From Candidatus Omnitrophota bacterium (GTDB lineage: Bacteria > Omnitrophota > Omnitrophia > Omnitrophales > JACROU01), in contig JACROU010000045.1 of assembly GCA_016214265.1 (NCBI GenBank), forward strand, positions 1,072-65,071: 64,000 bases of DNA, read 5' to 3'. The notes below the pieces were generated by a model, which ran no database searches, was not told the DNA's origin, and worked only from the letters and a program-made list of their open reading frames with translations. Position numbers and translations under genes: made by a program. The number at the start of each line of letters is the position of its first letter. Position 1 is the stretch's first letter. Shown in pieces: positions 38,115 through 48,277 of the stretch.

Positions 38115-40280
38115 TTAAGCGATATCAACACTGGTTAAACATGATAAATCTGCAACTCGGTCAACGTAAAGCGCGTTGATCTTTTTCATCAAAGCCTGCC
38201 GATTGGCTCGAACCTCGCGATCTTCCACATTGACCATCACATTGTCAAAAAACTTGTGAATGGGTTCATAAAACACCTGGCCGTAAAACCGCGTGACACC
38301 CAAATAATCTTTGCGGCTCAACTGTTCGTTAAACTTCGCTTCGTTGTCACGGCAAAGCTTCATAAGATTTTTTTCAAGCTCGTCAGAAAACAGGCTTTCT
38401 TTAATTTCGTCGCCAACGGCGCCCTTCACCCCTTTCAAAATATTGCTGGTGCGCTCCACCACTTTTGCGGTTTGAAGAAACATCTGACGCTCACGATCCG
38501 CAAAATCGCGGAGCGCCTCGAACCGTTTGAGCACATCATTCACATCATCAAAACGTGTCGATTGAACCGCCTGAAGAATTTCGTAAGGCTGAGTTCCCGG
38601 CTTCAGATTAAGTTCAAAGAAAAGCCGCTCTTTAAAAAATGCTTTGAGTTTCGTCTCGGCTTCCGGACTCCAATTAATTTTTGAACCGTAAAGTTCGCGG
38701 AACTTATCGATCAGATGATTCAGCGAAAAAGAAAATCCAAACGCACGGATAATTTTTACGATACCACCCGCCGCGCGGCGAAGCGCGTACGGATCCTGGC
38801 TCCCCGTCGGAATAAACCCGGCGCCAAAGGCCCCAACCACGGTGTCCGCCTTTTCAAGAATGGCGAGCATACCACCAAGCCGGTTCATGTTCGATGATAA
38901 TTCTGTGTAATCCATATTTAGGCTTTTTGGCCAATATTGAGCGTCAATCGCACGGGCCACGTCCACATCTTCGCGGTCAAACAGCGAATATTCCCGACCC
39001 ATGATACCCTGCAATTCGGGAAACTCATACACCATCGCGGAAACCAAATCCGCCTTCGATAATTCTGCAGCGCGGACAAGATTTTTCTTCTCACCCGAAG
39101 AAAGTTTCATGTCATCAGCAAAAAATGCGGCGGCGGATTTCATCCGCTCGACCTTGTCATAAACGGTTCCGAGTTTGCCGAGAAAAACAATTCCCTTGAG
39201 CTTCTCGATTTTCGCCGCGAGCGGCTTTTGCGTGTCTTCGTGATAAAAAAACTGCGCGTCGCGAAGGCGGCTTTCGAGTACGCGGCCATAATCTTCCGAG
39301 ATTTTTTTCAGATCGTTACGCTTGCCATTCATCACCGCCACGAATCGCGGCTCGAGCTTTCCGGATTTGTCAAAGCAGGCGAAAATTTTTTGATGTTTTT
39401 TCATGCAAGTCGCAAGCACTTCGCTCGGGAGTGCGAGAAAACTTTTGTCGAATGAACCCGTAATCAAAAACGGCTCTTCCACCAAATCAGAAGCATCGGC
39501 CACCAGCTCCGTGTCAAAGGCCGCCGCGTCCCAGCCTTCTTTCGCGGCGAGTTTGGTCAAATCATTCTTGATGAGCTCCTGACGCTTTTCGCGGCAGATA
39601 ATGACATGCTGTTTTGCCAACAAAGTTTCGTAATCGCCGATCTTTGAAATTCGGATTGGTTTTTTGGACAGGAATCGGTGCCCCAAAGTAATTTGCCCGG
39701 ATGTCACGCCGGCAATGTCAAACGGGATAAGCTTGTCATCGAAGAGCGCAACGATCCAGCGAATCGGACGGCTGAAACGCATTCCCGTTGATTCCCAACG
39801 CATATTTTTTGGAAAAGCAAGTTTGAGAATCAATTGTTTGAGCACTTCCGGAAGAATTTTTATTGTAGGTTTTACCGGTTCCTCGATTTTCGCGACCAGG
39901 TAAGTTCCCTTCTCGGTTTTTTCTTCGACGAGCGCTTCCCGCAAAACGCCTCTGGACTTCATAAATCCTTCCAGCGCCTGCGAAGGCTTGCCTTCAGCGT
40001 CATACGCTTTATCGATCGACGGCCCGCGGAAAATTTTTTCTGAAGCCGACTGTTTTGAGGGAATCCCTTCGAACCAAAATACGATGCGCCGTGGCGTCGT
40101 CGTAATCGAAACTTTTTCGAAAGCGAGGCGGTTGTCGGAAAAAAGCTTTCGGCAAATATTCTCCCATTCGCCATTTTCGACATTGCCCCAATGATGCATC
40201 GGGAGTTCTTCAACGCCGATTTCAAAAAGGAGCTCGCCTTCAGAAGATTTCTTGAGATTTGAGGATGACTTTTTGCTCAT
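38115..40280 (-). CDS. glyS: glycyl-tRNA synthetase beta subunit
   Basis: 721 aa, typical GlyS N-terminus; 4-nt overlap with glyQ upstream. Confidence 0.88.
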   Translation of the reverse strand: MSKKSSSNLKKSSEGELLFEIGVEELPMHHWGNVENGEWENICRKLFSDNRLAFEKVSITTTPRRIVFWFEGIPSKQSASEKIFRGPSIDKAYDAEGKPSQALEGFMKSRGVLREALVEEKTEKGTYLVAKIEEPVKPTIKILPEVLKQLILKLAFPKNMRWESTGMRFSRPIRWIVALFDDKLIPFDIAGVTSGQITLGHRFLSKKPIRISKIGDYETLLAKQHVIICREKRQELIKNDLTKLAAKEGWDAAAFDTELVADASDLVEEPFLITGSFDKSFLALPSEVLATCMKKHQKIFACFDKSGKLEPRFVAVMNGKRNDLKKISEDYGRVLESRLRDAQFFYHEDTQKPLAAKIEKLKGIVFLGKLGTVYDKVERMKSAAAFFADDMKLSSGEKKNLVRAAELSKADLVSAMVYEFPELQGIMGREYSLFDREDVDVARAIDAQYWPKSLNMDYTELSSNMNRLGGMLAILEKADTVVGAFGAGFIPTGSQDPYALRRAAGGIVKIIRAFGFSFSLNHLIDKFRELYGSKINWSPEAETKLKAFFKERLFFELNLKPGTQPYEILQAVQSTRFDDVNDVLKRFEALRDFADRERQMFLQTAKVVERTSNILKGVKGAVGDEIKESLFSDELEKNLMKLCRDNEAKFNEQLSRKDYLGVTRFYGQVFYEPIHKFFDNVMVNVEDREVRANRQALMKKINALYVDRVADLSCLTSVDIA

Positions 40281-41182
40281 TTCGATTTCTTACTTTTTTT
40301 CACAAGCGGGAAACCCAGTTGTTTACGAACCTCAAGATAGCCTTCCGCGCAGCCTTTGGCCAGCGCACGGACCCGGCCAATGTATCGCGGGCGCTCGGTC
40401 ACGCTGACAGCCCCGCGGGCATCCAGCAAATTAAACGTGTGCGACGCTTTCAGACAAAAATCGTAGGCCGGAAGCACCAGTCCTTTTTCCAGCAGGCGCT
40501 TAGCTTCATTCTCGTAATCTTCAAACTGGCGGCCGAGAAGTTCCACATTCGCCTCTTCAAAATTGAAACGGGAAAATTCTTTCTCGCCTTCCAAATGCAC
40601 ATCACCGTAAGTTTCGTTTCCGCCCCAGTGAATATCGAACATCGACTTTTTGTTCTGCAGAAACATCGCGATGCGTTCAAGACCGTAAGTAATTTCGCAG
40701 GAAATCATTTCCAAATCGATGCCGCCGCATTGTTGGAAATAGGTAAATTGCGTAATCTCCAAACTATCGAGCCACACTTCCCAGCCGAGGCCCCAAGCTC
40801 CGAGTGTCGGCGATTCCCAGTCATCTTCAACAAAACGAATGTCATGCGCATCAACATCGATACCAACGTAACGAAGACTGTTCAGATAAAGTTCCTGGCA
40901 ATTGTTGGGAGCGGGTTTCAGAATCACTTGATATTGATAATAATGCTGAGTGCGGACCGGATTTTCGCCGTAGCGGCCATCGGTCGGTCGGCGAGAAGGT
41001 TCAACATAAGCCGCGTTCCAAGGTTCAGGACCCAGCGCACGCAAGAAAGTGTGAGGAGAAAATGTTCCCGCGCCCTTTTCCAGATCGTAAGGCTGAACCA
41101 CCAGACAGCCTTGAGCGGCCCAAAAGTTATTGAGGCGTTGAATCAATTCCTGAAAGGTAACTGCTTTGGATAAAGTGGCCAT
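40277..41182 (-). CDS. glyQ: glycyl-tRNA synthetase alpha subunit
   Basis: 301 aa; [26 protein letters not shown], class II aaRS motifs. Confidence 0.92.
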   Translation of the reverse strand: MATLSKAVTFQELIQRLNNFWAAQGCLVVQPYDLEKGAGTFSPHTFLRALGPEPWNAAYVEPSRRPTDGRYGENPVRTQHYYQYQVILKPAPNNCQELYLNSLRYVGIDVDAHDIRFVEDDWESPTLGAWGLGWEVWLDSLEITQFTYFQQCGGIDLEMISCEITYGLERIAMFLQNKKSMFDIHWGGNETYGDVHLEGEKEFSRFNFEEANVELLGRQFEDYENEAKRLLEKGLVLPAYDFCLKASHTFNLLDARGAVSVTERPRYIGRVRALAKGCAEGYLEVRKQLGFPLVKKSKKSK

Positions 41183-41303
41183 AAGAGCTGGCGATTCTAT
41201 CAGAAAGAACAGGCCAAATCAAGGAAGGTAACTTGTTACAGAGAAATGAATTAGAACATGATTACAACCTTAGCTCAACCCGAAATAATATTCCGCAGTG
41301 GAA

Positions 41304-41654
41304 TTATTTATTCGGTTCGTAATGTTCAGCCCCTTCACCGGATTTATGGCTGTGCGGATGGCTTTCCATCATCTCGCCTGACTCAGCGGATTCTCTTGCC
41401 GCTTCACCTTGGTGAAAATGCTTTGTATCCTCAGTTTTTGCAGCATGTCCTTTTCCCTTAGAAAGATCGCCTTCGATCTTGGCTTGTTTCTTCTGATCAA
41501 CTACATAATGAGATACACCCGAACCTTTCTTCTTAGCATGGCCATGCGTACTCTTCCCAGCTTCCTGATTTGTTGGGGCTGCCAGAGAATAAGAAGAGAA
41601 AAACATCACAAATAATACCAACAAGCCCAAAAACATGAATCGCATTCTACTCAT
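41304..41654 (-). CDS. small secreted histidine-rich protein
   Basis: 116 aa; signal peptide, then His-rich stretch HGHAKKK, KHFHQGE, HPHSHKSGEGAEHYEPN. Confidence 0.5.
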   Translation of the reverse strand: MSRMRFMFLGLLVLFVMFFSSYSLAAPTNQEAGKSTHGHAKKKGSGVSHYVVDQKKQAKIEGDLSKGKGHAAKTEDTKHFHQGEAARESAESGEMMESHPHSHKSGEGAEHYEPNK

Positions 41655-41920
41655 TTTAAATTTCCTCCTTGAACTGCATGCCCGTGTTCTTGCCCAGGCT
41701 TTTCAGAATCAATTTTTGCCACATTGGCCCCTCGCCCAGCACTCGATGAATCCGCAAACATGGGGCAGTTGGCATCCATAACTTCCCCTTGCCCTGCAGT
41801 AGCAGTGTCACAGGTACTCTGTCCTGCCGACGAATGCCCGGACATTGAACAACAGCCAGCCCACGCTGTTGAACTTGTAATAAGAAACATAAGAACAAAC
41901 AGATTAATTCGTTTTTTCAT
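41651..41920 (-). CDS. small secreted cysteine-rich protein
   Basis: 89 aa; signal peptide MKKRINLFVLMFLITSSTAWA, then GCCSMSGH...CDTA...CPMF...HGHAVQ; ATGA overlap with the downstream His-rich gene. Confidence 0.45.
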   Translation of the reverse strand: MKKRINLFVLMFLITSSTAWAGCCSMSGHSSAGQSTCDTATAGQGEVMDANCPMFADSSSAGRGANVAKIDSEKPGQEHGHAVQGGNLK

Positions 41921-42187
41921 ATCTAATTTCTCCTTCTGTGATGTAACACTTCCGATGCAACCCCCTCTTGGTCTGTTCTAACTATTCAACGAATTAGTAA
42001 ATACAATCCCCCCACCTTTTTTAAAAGTAAATTTACTCACGCCCACTGTGAAAGGTCACATGGTTTACAGCAAAACTGTCGGATTGAAATTCTAGGTCAG
42101 ATTATGCAGCTTTGGGACGGGAAATTGAAATGAATCTCGAAGGAAAATCGAAAACTACCGCGGTTTATAATCACAAAAAAAGAGGGA

Positions 42188-42481
42188 TCAAGCCGCATGC
42201 AAAGCCTCAAGCACAGCCTCCGGTTTTGATTCAGCAACGCGAAGTAATGCAATCGCGGCTCCTTCAGGATAAGTTCTTCCCTGTTCCCAATTACGTAAGG
42301 TGGCAAGACTGACACAAAGCATCTGGGCAAATTTTGATTGTGATAATCCTAACCTGGTACGAATTTCTTTAACCTTAACCGGTTCAAAATGAAAGACTCG
42401 GCTTGGTTTGCGCTTTCCCCTATGAATGGCTCGTGCCTGATCAATGCTTTTCAATAATTCCTGAAAATCTTTGCTCTTCAT
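42188..42481 (-). CDS. HigA-like antitoxin (XRE-family HTH)
   Basis: 97 aa; HTH IRTRLGLSQSKFAQMLCVSLATLRNWEQGRTYP; 4-nt overlap with the upstream toxin gene. Confidence 0.65.
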   Translation of the reverse strand: MKSKDFQELLKSIDQARAIHRGKRKPSRVFHFEPVKVKEIRTRLGLSQSKFAQMLCVSLATLRNWEQGRTYPEGAAIALLRVAESKPEAVLEALHAA

Positions 42482-42792
42482 AAAATACCTTCTTTCACAT
42501 ATCGAGCAAGAACCTTTAACTGTTCCGAAGATAAATCTTCCTGCTTTGATTTCTTAAATAGATAAATCATGTAGATTCGCCTGTTATTTATCAAATAGTA
42601 AATAACTCGCAATCCGCCTCTCTTGCCTTTCCCGCCCCCAGCCCATCTCAATTTTCTCAATCCCATTCCGCGCGGAATCAAATCGCCAGCGGAAGGATTT
42701 TCAACCAACAGCGCTTGCAGATAACAATATTCTTCGTCACTTAACATCTTCACAACACGTTTCGTGAAGATATCCGTTTCAATAAACTCCAT
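42478..42792 (-). CDS. HigB/RelE-superfamily toxin (COG4679-like)
   Basis: 104 aa; GKGKRGGLRVIYYLINNRRIYMIYLFKKSKQEDLS is a family-typical C-terminal motif. Confidence 0.65.
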   Translation of the reverse strand: MEFIETDIFTKRVVKMLSDEEYCYLQALLVENPSAGDLIPRGMGLRKLRWAGGGKGKRGGLRVIYYLINNRRIYMIYLFKKSKQEDLSSEQLKVLARYVKEGIL

Positions 42793-42868
42793 GGAGTCCT
42801 ATCCACTTGAATACTACGCTAATAGCGTACTATTGTCAAGTCGCCACATTGGGCCCAAAATTAATCAC

Positions 42869-42903
42869 AAAAAAAGGGACGGCTGCGTTGACACAACCGT
42901 CCC
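42869..42903 (-). terminator. rho-independent terminator downstream of comEA
   Basis: Minus-strand hairpin gggacgg-(14 nt)-ccgtccc at 42876-42903, followed by U7 (plus-strand a-run 42869-42875). Confidence 0.6.
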
Positions 42904-42928
42904 ATCCCGGAAATACCCTTTTTAGTTT

Positions 42929-43255
42929 TTAGACAGTCACCTGCTCTTTGATCCGCTCAAACTTAACCGGACCAATACCCTTCACATTCACCAGCTCTTC
43001 AGGCTTTTGAAAGCGGCCATGCTCGGTGCGATAAGCGATCACGCGCTCCGCCATTTTTGGCCCGATGCCTTTGATCTGTTGAAGCGCGGCGGAGTCCGCC
43101 GTGTTCAGGTTAATGACGGCTAACTGCTGTGTGCTTGTAGCGGCTGTAGCCGGTTGGGACGGTTTTCCAGCCAGAACCGGGCTGACGGGAGACAATAATC
43201 CCAACAGCGCCACGATAGCGGCAAAAGAAAACCACTGCATTTTAATTGACTTCAT
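42929..43255 (-). CDS. comEA: ComEA-like helix-hairpin-helix DNA-binding competence protein
   Basis: 108 aa; signal peptide; INLNTADSAALQQIKGIGPKMAERVIAYRTEHGRF...VKGIGPVKFERIK (2x HhH). Confidence 0.8.
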   Translation of the reverse strand: MKSIKMQWFSFAAIVALLGLLSPVSPVLAGKPSQPATAATSTQQLAVINLNTADSAALQQIKGIGPKMAERVIAYRTEHGRFQKPEELVNVKGIGPVKFERIKEQVTV

Positions 43256-43436
43256 TGTTGCTTCTCCTTCGCTTCTTAATTCAAACCCTTTCGGATTTGT
43301 GAAAACAGGATATGATGATTATTCATATTTGTCAATTACTATTTTCATTTTATTTATATTAATATTTGCACTATTTTCAATGACAAAATAACAATCCATG
43401 GTTTATACTGTTTTACATAACCTGGAGGTATTTACT

Positions 43437-43988
43437 ATGATTCAAATTGGCGAACGCATTCGCAATGTCCGCAGAGAAAAAGATATCACGTTGATCGAGC
43501 TGGCGCGTCTTACGGGCGTCGCCCAGGCCACCCTCTCCCGCATCGAAACCGGAGACATGATCGGCACTGTCGAGTGTCATCAAAAAGTAGCCAACGCGCT
43601 GGGCATGAGCCTGAGCGAACTTTACGAAGGCATTGATGAGAGAACATCCAAAACGCATCACGCAAAAAAAACCGATGGCCATTTAACCTCTGCCCAAACC
43701 GAACGGGTCAAAATTGAACTGCGCACATCAAAAGCACTTAAGAAAAAATTGCTTCCGTTGGTTATCACGTTGAAGGGCAACGCAGAAACAGAAGAAGAAC
43801 GTGCGGAAAAATCAGTGGAAAAATTTATTTATGTGATTGATGGGGATATTATTGTTCATCTAAACAAACAGGATCATCCGCTAAAGCAGGATGAAAGTAT
43901 ATATTTTGACGGCTCATTGCCTCACATCATTATTAACAAGTCGTCAAAAACGGCAAAAATTATTTCAATCGCTTCCCCGCCGGCTTAA
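43437..43988 (+). CDS. XRE-family HTH plus cupin-domain transcriptional regulator
   Basis: GGAGG 8 nt upstream of ATG 43437; HTH IELARLTGVAQATLSRIETGD; C-terminal cupin-like beta region. Confidence 0.75.
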   Translation: MIQIGERIRNVRREKDITLIELARLTGVAQATLSRIETGDMIGTVECHQKVANALGMSLSELYEGIDERTSKTHHAKKTDGHLTSAQTERVKIELRTSKALKKKLLPLVITLKGNAETEEERAEKSVEKFIYVIDGDIIVHLNKQDHPLKQDESIYFDGSLPHIIINKSSKTAKIISIASPPA

Positions 43989-45112
43989 GCCTGAATATTT
44001 TTGTAAACTTCAATCGTTTGTTCGGCTGTTTTTTGCCATGAAAATTCTTTGGCTTTCCGCGAGCCTTTTTCAGCAAGCTCACGGCCCAAGGCAGAATTTT
44101 GGGCTAAATCTAGAATAGCTTTTGTAATTTCGGATTCAGAATAAGGATCCACAGGATAAGAACAATCTTTCCCAAGCTCGCCCAAGCTGGAATTATTCGA
44201 CGCAATTACCGGTACGCCACAAGTCATTCCTTCCACAAGCGGCAATCCAAAACCTTCATAAATTGAGACAAAAATGACGGCATGAGCCGCACTATAAATT
44301 TTCCACAGCATGTGATCCGGAACAAAACCAGTTGCGATAACATGATTTTCTAACGACAATTCTTTTATCGCCGCTTCAAATTGCTGAGTCCCCCATTCTT
44401 TGGCGCCCACAATCATTAGCTTGGGAAGATCTTTTTTCGATTTCAGCGCTTGGGCATAAGCTTTCAGTGTTCGAATCAAATTTTTCCGTGGCTCAATGGT
44501 TCCGACAAAAAGAAAATACGGATCCGATAGTCCAAGTGATTCTTTAATTTCGCGGCGCGCTTCGTCAACCGGGACACGCACGCAGCCGGGGTCCGCGGCA
44601 ATATAAATCACGGAAATCTTTTTTTCAGGAATTCGAAGATGCTTGACCAAATCTTCCCGAGTATGAAAAGCATCCACGATCAGATGATCCGCTTTTTTAT
44701 AACACCATGGCAGCCAATGTGACCAATAGGTCTGCGCCGTTTTCGACATATTTCCCGGGAAAAGATACCCGATAATATCATGGGCAGTAATGACGACTTT
44801 TTTCTTACCCTGTTTTCGAATTCCAAATCCGGGAACGTGAATCATGTTAGCGGAGCTTTTCGCGAATTGCTGCGGTAGCTGAACGGCTTCCCACCAGAAT
44901 CGTTCGTAGGTCTTTAAATCTCGACGAAGACCGTTAGAAAACTGATAAAGCCGGGGCGGTTCGGAAAGTTTTGAAAAAGCATCCAGCAAATTGAGTGTAT
45001 ATCTTGGAATGCCCGTCAGTTTTCCGAGCGTGCATTGAATATCAAAACCAATTTCCATAAATTTCGAACAATCCTCCGAATAAAAAAACTCATTATACAG
45101 ATCCCGCTCCAT
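43985..45112 (-). CDS. glycosyltransferase family 4 (GT-B, group 1)
   Basis: 375 aa; EGFGLPLVEGMTCGVPVIASNNSSLGE motif. Confidence 0.85.
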   Translation of the reverse strand: MERDLYNEFFYSEDCSKFMEIGFDIQCTLGKLTGIPRYTLNLLDAFSKLSEPPRLYQFSNGLRRDLKTYERFWWEAVQLPQQFAKSSANMIHVPGFGIRKQGKKKVVITAHDIIGYLFPGNMSKTAQTYWSHWLPWCYKKADHLIVDAFHTREDLVKHLRIPEKKISVIYIAADPGCVRVPVDEARREIKESLGLSDPYFLFVGTIEPRKNLIRTLKAYAQALKSKKDLPKLMIVGAKEWGTQQFEAAIKELSLENHVIATGFVPDHMLWKIYSAAHAVIFVSIYEGFGLPLVEGMTCGVPVIASNNSSLGELGKDCSYPVDPYSESEITKAILDLAQNSALGRELAEKGSRKAKEFSWQKTAEQTIEVYKNIQA

Positions 45113-45207
45113 TATTCAAAAGCATTGCTTGACCAGACCATTTCATTTATCATTTTCCCGATGTTTCACCAATATGATAACCATTAATTCTAGGGAGCTA
45201 GCTAAAC

Positions 45208-45741
45208 ATGACACGTAAAATATTTTGTTTAATCACAGTGCTTTTTCTTTCCTTAATTACCTCCAACCTGTTGGCGGATTCTGCCAAATCCGTTGCGGGC
45301 GTTACCTTTTCCGCTCCGTCCGCCTGGAAAGAAACCCAGCCCTCCTCCAGCATGCGCACCTATCAATTTGATATCCCGGGAAAAGCCAACCAAAACGCCG
45401 AACTGGCCGTTTTTTATTTTGGTCAAGGACAAGGCGGAAACATTCAGGGAAATATTGAACGTTGGAAAGGTCAATTTACGAAACTCGATAGCGAACAAAC
45501 CAATCCCAAAACTATCAATGACCTTAAGGTTACCGAAGTATTGTTTCAGGGAACTTATCAACTGTCCGGCGGACCAATGATGATGGCACAAGGCGACCCC
45601 GTAAAAGATTATGCGCTTTTGGGAGCGATCATCGAAGCGCCTCAGGGTGTCGTCTTTTTGAAAATGATCGGCCCGAAAGACACCGTCAATAGCTCAAAAT
45701 CAGATTTTGAAGCGCTGCTCAATGGATTGAAAAAAGCGTAA
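45208..45741 (+). CDS. hypothetical secreted protein
   Basis: 177 aa; signal peptide MTRKIFCLITVLFLSLITSNLLA; AGGGAG RBS. Confidence 0.55.
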   Translation: MTRKIFCLITVLFLSLITSNLLADSAKSVAGVTFSAPSAWKETQPSSSMRTYQFDIPGKANQNAELAVFYFGQGQGGNIQGNIERWKGQFTKLDSEQTNPKTINDLKVTEVLFQGTYQLSGGPMMMAQGDPVKDYALLGAIIEAPQGVVFLKMIGPKDTVNSSKSDFEALLNGLKKA

Positions 45742-45746
45742 CTGTT

Positions 45747-46361
45747 TTATTCCAGCAATTCTTTGAATCGCTTTAAGCTGTAGAATGGAAAATCGATTCC
45801 ATTTTGATTGACCAGCCATTTGGGAACACTCCCGGCGGGATCGAGAAGAATTTGATAACGAACCTCAATTGCCCCCCCTTCTTGGGGGGTAAATTGCCAG
45901 AATGACTTAAAGAGCGCTATTCTGACAATATTTTCCTGAATAGGATAAATTCCCGGCGATACGGTAATCCGGTAGGAAATCGCTCCGGTTTTGGGATCCG
46001 AATCACGAACGCGGGAAGTCACCACATCCCGATCGGATACGGGCCACTGGAGTTTTTGGTGGAAATAAAAAAACTTCTCGCTCGAACCTTCCTTTTGAAT
46101 TTCCCGAAATTCTTTACAGTGATACATCCACTCGTGAACCCTTGCCGCGTCCTCATAAAGTTCAATCACGCGGTCTAACGGCGCTTTGACAGAAACAACT
46201 CCCTGAAATTCACTGACCGGTGAGCCCTCAACTTTGCGGGAAAAAATTTTGATACCGTCCTCATCTTTTTTAAGGTGCCATCCACCGGTATCATTTGCCA
46301 AAGCTGTGGCGCTCAACAAAAAAAATGCGGCGATGAAACCAAGCAATCCGAATTTAGGCAT
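45747..46361 (-). CDS. hypothetical secreted protein/lipoprotein
   Basis: 204 aa; signal peptide MPKFGLLGFIAAFFLLSATALA. Confidence 0.5.
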   Translation of the reverse strand: MPKFGLLGFIAAFFLLSATALANDTGGWHLKKDEDGIKIFSRKVEGSPVSEFQGVVSVKAPLDRVIELYEDAARVHEWMYHCKEFREIQKEGSSEKFFYFHQKLQWPVSDRDVVTSRVRDSDPKTGAISYRITVSPGIYPIQENIVRIALFKSFWQFTPQEGGAIEVRYQILLDPAGSVPKWLVNQNGIDFPFYSLKRFKELLE

Positions 46362-46363
46362 AA

Positions 46364-47167
46364 TTACGATTTTCCCACTCCGTACTTTTCTAACAGCAAC
46401 TGGGCTTCTTTATTGTCCGGGTTCATCTCCAAGGCTTTGTGAAGATAAATCCCAGTTTCTTTCAGCTTATTTTTTTTGAAATAGGTCCGGGCCAGCATGA
46501 TATATCCACTTGTCAATTTCGGATCGAGTTCGATCACTTTTTTGTAAGTCTCCTCCGCCTTTTCAAGATTCCCGCCCGCGAAAGAAGGATTAAACACAAA
46601 CATTCTGCCATAAGCGGCGAGAACCCGCGCATTATTCGGTTCCAATCTCAATGCTTTTTCAAGCAACCGTTTTGCTTTCGGACCATTTTTCATCCCGCTG
46701 GCCATACCATTAATCTTGTGCGTAAAAAGAATACTTTCAACGGTCAACACATTCGCATTTTCCTGATATTTCGAGCTGAGGGATTGGATGTAAGGAAGCC
46801 CTTCCTCCGCCAAGCGTTTTTCTTCAGATCGCAAATTTTCGGTTTGAGAATGAGAAAGCCCTTGTTGTTCACGATCGTAGCAACGAATAATATTGGCCTC
46901 TTGCTCGTAAGATTTCGCGATCAAAAATTTCAGTTCGTCGGAATTTGAGTTTTGACGAAACAGCGAAACAAGCTGAGCACGAGCCTCATTGATTTTCGCC
47001 TTGTCGTAAAGACGAACGCCGTCATTCATCAGAGTCACCGCGCTCGCGGCTTCGGCGATCGAACTGCTCTGTCCGTCGTACGGGAATTCCGCCCGGGCAG
47101 AAATGGGCTGGAGGATAGTTACACCGATCATCATGACCATCAAAAAGCGAAAAAGTTTATTTTTCAT
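46364..47167 (-). CDS. secreted TPR-repeat protein
   Basis: 267 aa; signal peptide, then several 34-residue TPR-like repeats (AYGRMFVFNPSFAGGNLEKAEETYKKVIELDPK...). Confidence 0.65.
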   Translation of the reverse strand: MKNKLFRFLMVMMIGVTILQPISARAEFPYDGQSSSIAEAASAVTLMNDGVRLYDKAKINEARAQLVSLFRQNSNSDELKFLIAKSYEQEANIIRCYDREQQGLSHSQTENLRSEEKRLAEEGLPYIQSLSSKYQENANVLTVESILFTHKINGMASGMKNGPKAKRLLEKALRLEPNNARVLAAYGRMFVFNPSFAGGNLEKAEETYKKVIELDPKLTSGYIMLARTYFKKNKLKETGIYLHKALEMNPDNKEAQLLLEKYGVGKS

Positions 47168-47186
47168 AAATCTCCTTTTAACCCTG

Positions 47187-47564
47187 TTATAAATTTATCT
47201 TAGATCGCTGTGACAATGCTACCGCCACCATAATCCAGCCAATAATAAAACTCAATCCCCCGAATGGAGTAATGATCCCCAGCGCCTTCACGCCCGTCAA
47301 CGCAAGGGCGTACAAACTCCCAGAAAACAAAACAATGCCCGCGATGATGAACCAGCCGGCGGCGGAAATAAGGCTACCTTGAGTTTTCTCCTCCAGCCAC
47401 GCGATCGCAAAAAGCGCTGCCGCGTGAATGGCATGATAAAAAATCCCCGTTTGATAAATGGTCAACATCTCGTGGCTAATGCGCTGTTTCAAACTATGCG
47501 CCCCAAAAGCTCCCAGAATGACGAACAGGGCCATGAGCAGCGCGGCTCGTTGTGCGGTTTTCAT
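47187..47564 (-). CDS. DUF423 (YgdD-like) membrane protein
   Basis: 125 aa; 4 TM; GAFGAH...IFYHAIHAAAL...FSGSLYALAL...TPFGG. Confidence 0.7.
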   Translation of the reverse strand: MKTAQRAALLMALFVILGAFGAHSLKQRISHEMLTIYQTGIFYHAIHAAALFAIAWLEEKTQGSLISAAGWFIIAGIVLFSGSLYALALTGVKALGIITPFGGLSFIIGWIMVAVALSQRSKINL

Positions 47565-47565
47565 G

Positions 47566-48276
47566 TTATTCGGACTCCCTCGTTGTTATTTTTTCTGCCT
47601 CAACCAAAAATTCCGTGATATTTTTCGCCAATTCTTTTTCATGACCGATAAAAAAATGGCCGGCTCCTTCAACACATCGGATTTCTTTCGGAGACGACAT
47701 CCGATAAAACAGCTTCTCGATCTCCGCTTTTGGGCAGGCAAAATCATTCGGAGAATAAATCAATAATTTGTCTGCGGGAATTTGGAGTGCAGATTGAGGC
47801 AACTGCCATTTAGCAAGCGGAGGTGAAACAAGGATCCCTTTGGTAATTTCTTTTTTTTCAGTCAGCAATTCCAAGGCAGGAAGACAGCCGAATGAATATC
47901 CGATCACCATCATCGGACTGGCATCATTGACAACAGAGCCAAGCGCATCAAACGCCTTCCGGCAATCCTTGAAAATTTTACTTTCATATTCCGGCGAGGT
48001 CGAATTCTCCCAAAACTCACGCTGGAAATTTTCCAAATTCTTATCGGTTTGGCTTCGCCCAATTCCTCGATAATTTAACGTCATCACCACAAAATCCCGG
48101 CCGGCAAGTTCAGGCAACAGATACCGGATCACGTTATTGCGCATATCCCCACCCAGAAACGGGTGTGGCGGGCAGATCAGAATCCGCCCCCGAGGATTTT
48201 TCAGCGTATCCGAATAAACCAGCAGGCCTTCCAGCCTCAAATCATCCGAAATAATTTCTATTGTTTCTTCAATCAT
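47566..48276 (-). CDS. alpha/beta-hydrolase (dienelactone-hydrolase-like)
   Basis: 236 aa; nucleophile elbow VIGYSFGCLPA. Confidence 0.65.
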   Translation of the reverse strand: MIEETIEIISDDLRLEGLLVYSDTLKNPRGRILICPPHPFLGGDMRNNVIRYLLPELAGRDFVVMTLNYRGIGRSQTDKNLENFQREFWENSTSPEYESKIFKDCRKAFDALGSVVNDASPMMVIGYSFGCLPALELLTEKKEITKGILVSPPLAKWQLPQSALQIPADKLLIYSPNDFACPKAEIEKLFYRMSSPKEIRCVEGAGHFFIGHEKELAKNITEFLVEAEKITTRESE

Positions 48277-48277
48277 T

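Noticed and set aside
40259-41173. 304-aa plus-strand ORF
   Set aside because: Antisense to glyQ (strongly conserved class II aaRS alpha subunit); no motifs.
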